A DNA stretch of 36,831 nt from Candidatus Tayloriibacteriota bacterium (GTDB lineage: Bacteria; Patescibacteriota; Minisyncoccia; Phycocordibacterales; PALSA-1337). The translations under genes and the position numbers were made by a program. The notes below the pieces were generated by a model that saw only the letters and a program-made list of their open reading frames with translations, made no database searches and was not told the origin of the DNA. Where the stretch lies: assembly GCA_025353045.1 (NCBI GenBank), contig JANXRK010000065.1, forward strand, positions 1-36,831, written 5' to 3'. Positions 26,443 through 33,374 of the stretch are shown here, in pieces. The stretch's first letter is position 1. Each line of letters begins with the position of its first letter.

Positions 26443-28104
26443 ATGAACTTTCCAGCGCTCTGTAATTTTCCAGGACCTCAATACCTGGTAATTTCTGAAA
26501 ACGTTCCTCCTCTTGTGTATTATTCACATCTGCCAATAGCACTAATCTCCCTCCTAATCGGTTCATATGTGTTTTTGAAAAATCGCAAAGCACTCGCAAA
26601 CCAAATAATTTTAGTGACGACATTAGCCTTTTCACTTTGGGTTTTCCTCGACTCAGTCTTTTGGGCTAGTGATAGAAGTGACGTCATTATGTTTGTCTGG
26701 GCGATGCAGGTCTTGGTCGAGCCGCTTGTTCATCTAAGTGCTCTTTATTTGTTGTATGTATTACTTTATAAAAAAGATACATCTTTTCTCTCTAAGTCAG
26801 TTTTGTTAGCTATCTATTTGCCGCTTGTTGTTCTTATTCCAACAAAGTATATCCTAACTTCGTTCGATATTGGAACATGTTTAAGTCAGGAGGCAGTTTA
26901 CTCGTATTATTCATATGTTATTGAGATTGTTTATACAATAACACTTGTGATTGTTGGTACTAAAAGGTTTATTTCTGAAAAAAATAAACAAACTAAAAAA
27001 GAAATTGTTTATTTAACTGCAGGTATGATTGTATTACTTTTTGCATTTTCCTGGGGAGCGATTACAGGGAGTTTTACTGAAGATTGGAATTTTGCGCAGT
27101 ATGGACTCTTCGGAATGCCCGTATTTTTGGCATTTCTTTCGTATACGATTGTGAAATTTAAATCTTTTAACCTCAAACTCATCGGCTCTAATGTTTTGGT
27201 GATCTCGCTGTGGATATTGGTTGGATCGCTTCTTGCTATTGAGGATATCAACATTAGTCATGCTGTTACCGGTATCACCCTCATCATTTCCATCATCTTC
27301 GGTCTTATTCTTATCCAATCCGTCCGCAAGGAAGTGAGCCAGCGTGAAAAGATCGAGAAGCTTGCTGGTGATCTTAAGGTTGCCAACACTCGCCTCCTTG
27401 AACTTGATAAACAAAAATCTGAATTCGTTTCTTTTGCCACTCACCAGCTCCGCGCGCCTCTGACTGCTATGAAAGGTTACGCCTCACTCATTCTCGAAGG
27501 AGAAATGGGGCAGACCACTCCGGAGACTAAGCAGGCAATTAGTCGTATCTTCGAATCTTCAAAGACACTTACTACGATTGTGGATGATTATCTCAATATT
27601 TCTCGAATTGAGCTTGGTACTATGAAGTATAGCTTCGATATGCTTGATCTTAAGCAAATGGTTGAGAATGTTATTGGCGAACTTAAGCCTAATATTGATA
27701 AAAAAGGTCTCAAGCTGTCATTTAACGCTGATGCCTCTGCTCGGTTTATGATTCATGCTGATAAAGATAAGCTCAAGCAGGTTATCGCTAATCTTATCGA
27801 CAATTCAGTTAAGTACACTCCTTCGGGATCTATTGCTATAGCTTTGATGCGAAAGAGTGCTGATAGGAAAATCCTATTCTCAATCAAAGATACTGGCGTT
27901 GGTATTGCTCCTGAGGTTATGCCAAAGCTTTTTGCCAAGTTCGTACGGGCTGAGAATGCCAATAAGCAGAATATTTATGGAACTGGTCTCGGACTTTTCG
28001 TGGCAAAGGATATCGTCACTGCACATAAAGGTAAACTTTGGGCTGAATCTGCTGGTGAGGGGAAGGGTTCAACGTTTTTCATGGAATTGGACATGGAGGT
28101 GTAG
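26443..28104 (+). CDS. sensor histidine kinase with an N-terminal 7-TM (HisKA_7TM-like) domain
   Basis: It has a 7-TM N-terminus (PPLVYYSHLP...), the H-box FVSFATHQLRAPLTAMKGY and the N, G1 and G2 boxes NLIDNSVKYT, IKDTGVGI and GTGLGLFVAKDIV. It starts 13 nt after the methyltransferase stop. Confidence 0.9.
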   Translation: MNFPALCNFPGPQYLVISENVPPLVYYSHLPIALISLLIGSYVFLKNRKALANQIILVTTLAFSLWVFLDSVFWASDRSDVIMFVWAMQVLVEPLVHLSALYLLYVLLYKKDTSFLSKSVLLAIYLPLVVLIPTKYILTSFDIGTCLSQEAVYSYYSYVIEIVYTITLVIVGTKRFISEKNKQTKKEIVYLTAGMIVLLFAFSWGAITGSFTEDWNFAQYGLFGMPVFLAFLSYTIVKFKSFNLKLIGSNVLVISLWILVGSLLAIEDINISHAVTGITLIISIIFGLILIQSVRKEVSQREKIEKLAGDLKVANTRLLELDKQKSEFVSFATHQLRAPLTAMKGYASLILEGEMGQTTPETKQAISRIFESSKTLTTIVDDYLNISRIELGTMKYSFDMLDLKQMVENVIGELKPNIDKKGLKLSFNADASARFMIHADKDKLKQVIANLIDNSVKYTPSGSIAIALMRKSADRKILFSIKDTGVGIAPEVMPKLFAKFVRAENANKQNIYGTGLGLFVAKDIVTAHKGKLWAESAGEGKGSTFFMELDMEV

Positions 28105-28133
28105 GTTTTCTCACGGGGGTTAAAAAACATACA

Positions 28134-29012
28134 ATGAGAGTAAAAATCTTAAAGAGAATAAATTGTATAAGATTGAAGGGTTCAGGGTTTTTTGAAAAAG
28201 ATGAGGTTCAGTATAGTGATAAAATTTCTGAAGTCTGGAACGAACCAATACAAATTAGTATTGATATAATTAGGCAATTAATCAAAAAACAGTTAGTTTC
28301 AGTTTATTTGAGGGGATCAGTTGAAAATAATACGCAAATTAGTCACATTTCTGATATTGACTTAGTTATTATATTTTCTAAAAGCATTTCTTTGGTGGTG
28401 AGGAATAAGTTACAAAGGCGGCTAGATGTTGTGAGGAAAGATTATCCTTTCGTCAGCAAAGTTGACCTCATGTATATTAATATTTTGGATATTAAATCAA
28501 CTTCCAAAAGAGTTCTTGTAAAGCTAACATCAAGATGTGTTTTTGGGTCGTCAGTTGAGAGGTTGATACCAAATTTACAAGCAGGTAATGACATTGCAGT
28601 TACCCTTAATACGCTTAAGGCGGATCTGCACAGTTTTCTTGGTAGTAATAAATATTCTTCAAAAGAAAAATGCACCTGGATGATGAAAAAGATATTAAGG
28701 TCAGGGGCTGAACTTGTCTCCGAACGATCAGGATTATATATTAGAGACTTGTACTGCTGTTATAAAGTTTTTATTAAGTTTTACCCTAAATATAGAAAAG
28801 AAATGTATGAATGTTTAAAGTTAGCCATCGCACCATGTGGAAAAACAAAAAAAGTTAGAGAACTTGTTGTACACACCACTTCCTTTTTGATGAATGAGTC
28901 TGTGAGACTTAATATAATAAACAACAACCCCAGAGCGGGGTTGTCTCGAGTGACTGGTCACAAGGTCGCCTCTGCTAGTAACCGTTCGGTTGTAACGAGG
29001 GGAGTGCTTTGA
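28134..29012 (+). CDS. Pol-beta-superfamily nucleotidyltransferase, ANT/AadA-like architecture
   Basis: The NTase motif is VYLRGSVENNTQISHISDIDLVIIF, with the third carboxylate in SKVDLMYI, followed by a helical C-terminal domain. The last ~27 aa (PRAGLSRVTGHKVASASNRSVVTRGVL) are encoded antisense to the neighbouring GC-rich gene. Confidence 0.6.
   Translation: MRVKILKRINCIRLKGSGFFEKDEVQYSDKISEVWNEPIQISIDIIRQLIKKQLVSVYLRGSVENNTQISHISDIDLVIIFSKSISLVVRNKLQRRLDVVRKDYPFVSKVDLMYINILDIKSTSKRVLVKLTSRCVFGSSVERLIPNLQAGNDIAVTLNTLKADLHSFLGSNKYSSKEKCTWMMKKILRSGAELVSERSGLYIRDLYCCYKVFIKFYPKYRKEMYECLKLAIAPCGKTKKVRELVVHTTSFLMNESVRLNIINNNPRAGLSRVTGHKVASASNRSVVTRGVL
28924..28944 (-). terminator. hairpin terminator of the GluRS-like gene, lying inside the 3' coding end of the NTase gene
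   Basis: The + strand reads AACAACCCC-agagc-GGGGTTGT. On the minus strand it is followed by TGTTTATTATATT. Confidence 0.5.
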
Positions 29013-30070
29013 CGAATCTTTTTGTAGACTTTGGAAATGGCATCTCGCTCAAGCATGTTCGATGCTGTGGCGAAAGAGACGCGTTCAGGTTTTTCAGAGG
29101 TGTTTTGTTGGTATCTTATCCTTGTATTTTTTGCGACTACCACATCACCTTCACAAAACACACTTTCAAGGCGGGTCTGCTGGTTACTCATGAGTAACGC
29201 AACTCCCCAATCTTTTACTGATACACCATGTTTATCTTCCAGGAAGGGTGTTCTTGGTAATTTCATCACTGGATTTTGGAATTTTATCCCAGGATGAATG
29301 AAAAGATGGACTTTCACATGCGGAAATAGAGTGGAGCTTATAGCAATAGCTCGACAGACTTGGGTTAAGGTCGTAAAGCCAACGACCAACCCCACCTCAT
29401 TGATTTTAAATTTATGTGCCAGAAAGTAGGGGAATATTCCTAGTGCACAATCAGGATCAAGAACTAAACCATCTAACAAAAGATCGCCTTGTTCTGGATT
29501 CCTGAGTTTCGTTATAATGAGCTGGTGCCTAGTAATCTCCCCATAGACTGTTGAGAATCTTCGTGCCTGAACTGATGGCGTGCAAAAAATATCTAGTTTA
29601 CCTAAAGCTGTAATCGCTCGTACTTCACTTTCTGCCGTCTCAATCATTCCGTGGCATCTTGTACAGACTTTGTCGGTGAAGTTATGACCTCTTCTTTGTA
29701 CCCCAATTACATTCAGCGCGCTCGTTGGAAGTTCTACAACCCCACACGTACAGCGTGAAAGGTTAATCGTCGCTCGCTGGGTTTTTCCTAACAGTGATTG
29801 CGTGACAAAATTTTGGAAATCACTATCAAGATCGGTTGCTATATCACACTCCTCAGTCGTGACACCAACCGCAGTCAAATCATGCCCGAAGTAGTTGACG
29901 ATTCTTTCGGGGTTGTTGGGTAGGGTGTTGCGTTGAAGTCCAAGAAGGTTAATTGGTAGAATAAGTCTTGATCCAGTAAGTCTTGCGAGTGTTTTGGCAG
30001 TGAGAATGGTTGAGAAGACTTTAAGACTTCTACCATGCCGATAACTTATCGGTAAAGTGGTAATGATCAT
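28958..30070 (-). CDS. diverged class Ib aminoacyl-tRNA-synthetase catalytic-core paralog (GluRS/GluQ-RS-like), without an anticodon-binding domain
   Basis: It is colinear by eye with GluRS/YadB as I remember them. The beta-loop-helix start is MIITTLPISYRHGRSL (HIGH region degenerate). LQRNTLPNNPERIV compares with LERSTPEAIEAI. FQNFVTQSLLGK..RCTCG ... CTRCHG compares with the CxC...C(R)H zinc knuckle. VGFTTLTQVCRAIAI compares with RGxDxxxxTxRQI. PVMKLPRT compares with KLSKR. G+C is elevated: 31/60 in line 29701-29760. Confidence 0.45.
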   Translation of the reverse strand: MIITTLPISYRHGRSLKVFSTILTAKTLARLTGSRLILPINLLGLQRNTLPNNPERIVNYFGHDLTAVGVTTEECDIATDLDSDFQNFVTQSLLGKTQRATINLSRCTCGVVELPTSALNVIGVQRRGHNFTDKVCTRCHGMIETAESEVRAITALGKLDIFCTPSVQARRFSTVYGEITRHQLIITKLRNPEQGDLLLDGLVLDPDCALGIFPYFLAHKFKINEVGLVVGFTTLTQVCRAIAISSTLFPHVKVHLFIHPGIKFQNPVMKLPRTPFLEDKHGVSVKDWGVALLMSNQQTRLESVFCEGDVVVAKNTRIRYQQNTSEKPERVSFATASNMLERDAISKVYKKIRQSTPLVTTERLLAEATL

Positions 30071-30121
30071 GGCGGTCCTGTGGCGGTTGTATTTTCAATG
30101 GTCTTTCCGTACTATATCATC

Positions 30122-30817
30122 ATGAAGACGGAAATCAAACACATTGAAATTTCCAAGCTAGTACTTAAGTATTTCGGGGTAGCTAGAGTTGTGTGTGTTG
30201 TTACTTATGGCTCATCGATAGATGAAGTTGGAAAAAAACCTGCAGATATTGATATTTTTATTTTACTTAAAAAATTTGATATAATGGATTTTACAGTTGG
30301 TTCAGTGCTTAAAAAAAGATTGCCTTCAGTATCGATATTTGTTGATTATGAGGATTCAATTATAAAGAAAGGGATAAATAATTATCAATTTGGTAGACAT
30401 GGTGTCTATTTCATAAAGATTCTTGAAAATGGTATTTGTTTATATGGTAAAAACAAATATATACAATGGTCAAAATTAGTTACAAACAAAAAAATAAAGT
30501 TAGATTTAAGATATAGAATCGATGAATATTTTTATAGGATATATAGAGAGATTACGGATAGAGCAGATTTGGACGTTATTAGAAAATATTTATGCAGAAT
30601 AATTATTGATATATTACTATACGAAAACAAAATTACATTCCCCGAGGTATCACAAGTACATTATCTACGTTTGATTCAAAATTATCTTACTTATAATAAA
30701 GATATACGTGAAGATTTATTCACTTCTATTATTAATATTAAATATAAAAATAGTGACCATTATTTATCTAGTTTGATTAATGAGTTGTACAAGATTTATT
30801 TAAAAATATATAATTAG
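30122..30817 (+). CDS. Pol-beta-superfamily nucleotidyltransferase (second copy)
   Basis: VVTYGSSIDEVGKKPADIDIFILL is the GS...DxD motif, with the third carboxylate in SIFVDYED, followed by a helical C-terminal half. I prefer the ATG at 30122 (MKTEIKH) to the GTG at 30080. Confidence 0.55.
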   Translation: MKTEIKHIEISKLVLKYFGVARVVCVVTYGSSIDEVGKKPADIDIFILLKKFDIMDFTVGSVLKKRLPSVSIFVDYEDSIIKKGINNYQFGRHGVYFIKILENGICLYGKNKYIQWSKLVTNKKIKLDLRYRIDEYFYRIYREITDRADLDVIRKYLCRIIIDILLYENKITFPEVSQVHYLRLIQNYLTYNKDIREDLFTSIINIKYKNSDHYLSSLINELYKIYLKIYN

Positions 30818-30820
30818 TAT

Positions 30821-31534
30821 ATGTCAATAATATATCATGGAGACCTCGCTTTTGAACTTTTTGAAGTCGCTCAAAAAAAAGGTACCATTATTCTAGCGGA
30901 TGGTTTACCTGGAAATCCAATATCTAAAAAGGAGTCGATAGCTGAATGGAACAGAAGAGGTTATGATATTGTGTTTCCACGCTACCTAGGATCATGGGAG
31001 TCTAAAGGAAGATTTTTAGAACATCCTCCACAACATGATTTTGAAATTTTAATTGACGCACTTAGTAAGGGAATAAATAATGTAGATAAAGTTTATATCG
31101 CAAAAAAAATATATTTACTTGGAACAAGCTTTGGTGGGGGGGTCATTATGTCAATAAAAGATGATACAAATATTGATAAAATATGCGCACTTTCTCCAAC
31201 TATCACTTATAGAGGTATTCCAGATATCAATACCCTAGCTTCATATTTGCAAACAAAATATCCAGGAAGCTATCGTTTTAAGGTATCTGATTTTGATAAA
31301 TTATTAAATGACGAAATTTCTTCACCAGTAAACAAATTCAGTCTTCCATCAAGTAAGGTCATGATTTTGGCTGGGGAACAAGACAATCAGATATCAATTA
31401 CTGAGTTGAGATCCTTTGCCACGCAAAAATCAATTAAACTAATCTCAGATCCTCAAGTTGGACATATCACCTTGTCTAAACTCAAAGTAGAACATTACGA
31501 TCAAATAGACACTTTCTTTTTGGGTCAAAACTGA
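30821..31534 (+). CDS. alpha/beta-fold hydrolase (dienelactone hydrolase / S9-like)
   Basis: The nucleophile elbow is LLGTSFGGG (GxSxG). The acid is in LAGEQDNQI and the His in VGHITL. It starts 3 nt after the NTase stop. Confidence 0.65.
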   Translation: MSIIYHGDLAFELFEVAQKKGTIILADGLPGNPISKKESIAEWNRRGYDIVFPRYLGSWESKGRFLEHPPQHDFEILIDALSKGINNVDKVYIAKKIYLLGTSFGGGVIMSIKDDTNIDKICALSPTITYRGIPDINTLASYLQTKYPGSYRFKVSDFDKLLNDEISSPVNKFSLPSSKVMILAGEQDNQISITELRSFATQKSIKLISDPQVGHITLSKLKVEHYDQIDTFFLGQN

Positions 31535-31538
31535 AACT

Positions 31539-31547
31539 TGTGGAAAA
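31539..31547 (-). promoter_or_regulatory. one-mismatch DnaA-box variant (TGTGGAAAA on +, TTTTCCACA on -)
   Basis: Read directly, about 60 nt upstream of pilB. It shares the flank CCACAAGTTT with the box at 19962. Confidence 0.25.
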
Positions 31548-31608
31548 TGAAGGTAGAAGTTCTATGCTATAATTTATGTAATTAAATTGATTTTTATATT
31601 GCATTTTT

Positions 31609-33357
31609 ATGCTCATCGAAGATTCACAGTTAAATAAATTTATCATCGATTCGAATCTCGTATCCAAAGCTGACCTTGATGTGGCTCAAAAGGAAGCTGA
31701 TAAGAAAGGAGTTAGAATAGGTGAGATTTTGGTGAGTACGGGTAAAATTACTGAAGACAATCTCCGTCGTATGCAGGCATATGTTCTAGGTATTCCATTC
31801 GTGGATCTCAAAACTAGAAAAATTCCTTTTGAAACTCTCTCACTTATCCCTGAACCTGTAGCGCGTACGCATAATATTGTAGCTTTTAAGAAAGACGGGG
31901 ATAGTCTCGAAGTGGCAATGCTTGATGTTGATGATCTTTCAGCTATCGATTTTATTAAAAAGAAGGTAAATCTAAAGATTCTGGCCCGACTCACTGATGT
32001 TGAGTCAATGAAGAATGTTATTGTTCAATACCAAAAGAGTCTAAAGGCTGAATTCGGAGATATTATCCAAAAAGAGTCAGCAACTCTCAAGACTATTGCC
32101 GAAGAGTCAGGGGAACCAGCTTCAGAGGAGGATCTAAAGAAAATCGCTGAGGATTTGCCAGTGGTACGCATTGTGGACACGCTTTTGAAGCATGCTATTT
32201 TGCAAGACGCATCTGATATTCACATTGAACCTATGGATGATCAACTCATGGTTCGATATCGAATCGATGGTTTGCTTCATGATGCTATGGTTTTGCCCAA
32301 AAATGCCGAATCTTCTATTACAGCGCGTATTAAAGTTCTTTCAAATCTTAAGCTTGATGAAAAGCGACTCCCACAAGACGGACGATTCAAGATCGAAATG
32401 AATAATGAGAAGGTAAGTTTCCGAGTTTCTATTTTGCCAACGTACTATGGTGAAAAAACCGTTATGCGTCTCCTTCGCGAGAATGTATCGGGCTTTACCT
32501 TGGAGTATCTAGGTTTCCATGGAGAAGGGTTGGAAAGAATTCACAATGCTACAAAGCTTACGACGGGTATGATTCTTACGACTGGACCGACCGGATCTGG
32601 AAAAACCACAACACTATACACAGTTCTCGATATTTTGAATCAACCTGATGTAAATATTTCAACGATTGAAGATCCCGTGGAATATCAGATGAAAAGAATT
32701 AATCAAAGTCAGGTTAAGCCGGAAATTGGTTTTACTTTCTCAATAGGACTACGAACACTTGTCCGTCAGGACCCGGATATTATCATGGTGGGGGAGATTC
32801 GAGATAATGAAACAGCTTCGCTGGCGGTCAACGCGGCGCTGACTGGGCATCTTGTGCTCTCGACACTGCACACGAACAGCGCCGCGGGTGCCATTCCGCG
32901 TCTTTTAGATATGAAAATCGAGCCCTTCCTTCTTGTTTCAACTATAAATATCATCATCGCTCAGAGACTCGTTCGAAAACTTTCCGATAAAAAGGAAAAA
33001 TATATTCTTTCAAAAGACGAATTAGCTGTTTTGGCCAAAACTGTCGATCTTGATAGAGTTTTGAAAATTCTTAAAGAAGAAAAAATAGTGAAAGCTACTG
33101 ATGATTGGAATAAGATCTCTTTTTGGAAACCCGTGGCTTCAAAAGATGATGATGGATATAAGGGTCGAGTGGGAATTCATGAGGTACTCAAAGTTTCGCA
33201 GCCAATTAAAGATTTAATTATTAAGGGTTCAACAAATTCAGAAATAGAAGGTCAAGCTAAGAAAGAGGGAATGATAACAATGCTAGAAGATGGTATATTT
33301 AATGCAGTTCTAGGGACAACTACTATCGAGGAGGTGCTGCGAGTAATATCAGAATAG
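31609..33357 (+). CDS. pilB: type IV pilus / type II secretion assembly ATPase (PilB/GspE family)
   Basis: It has an N-terminal MshEN/T2SSE_N domain, Walker A GPTGSGKTTT, Walker B DPDIIMVGEIRD and the His box TGHLVLSTLHTN. Confidence 0.9.
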   Translation: MLIEDSQLNKFIIDSNLVSKADLDVAQKEADKKGVRIGEILVSTGKITEDNLRRMQAYVLGIPFVDLKTRKIPFETLSLIPEPVARTHNIVAFKKDGDSLEVAMLDVDDLSAIDFIKKKVNLKILARLTDVESMKNVIVQYQKSLKAEFGDIIQKESATLKTIAEESGEPASEEDLKKIAEDLPVVRIVDTLLKHAILQDASDIHIEPMDDQLMVRYRIDGLLHDAMVLPKNAESSITARIKVLSNLKLDEKRLPQDGRFKIEMNNEKVSFRVSILPTYYGEKTVMRLLRENVSGFTLEYLGFHGEGLERIHNATKLTTGMILTTGPTGSGKTTTLYTVLDILNQPDVNISTIEDPVEYQMKRINQSQVKPEIGFTFSIGLRTLVRQDPDIIMVGEIRDNETASLAVNAALTGHLVLSTLHTNSAAGAIPRLLDMKIEPFLLVSTINIIIAQRLVRKLSDKKEKYILSKDELAVLAKTVDLDRVLKILKEEKIVKATDDWNKISFWKPVASKDDDGYKGRVGIHEVLKVSQPIKDLIIKGSTNSEIEGQAKKEGMITMLEDGIFNAVLGTTTIEEVLRVISE

Positions 33358-33374
33358 TTTATTTAAAAAAAGTC

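Noticed and set aside
26435-26635. 66-aa minus-strand ORF across the methyltransferase/kinase junction
   Set aside because: It is antisense to the kinase N-terminus, has no motifs, and would disrupt an otherwise tight 13-nt operon junction.
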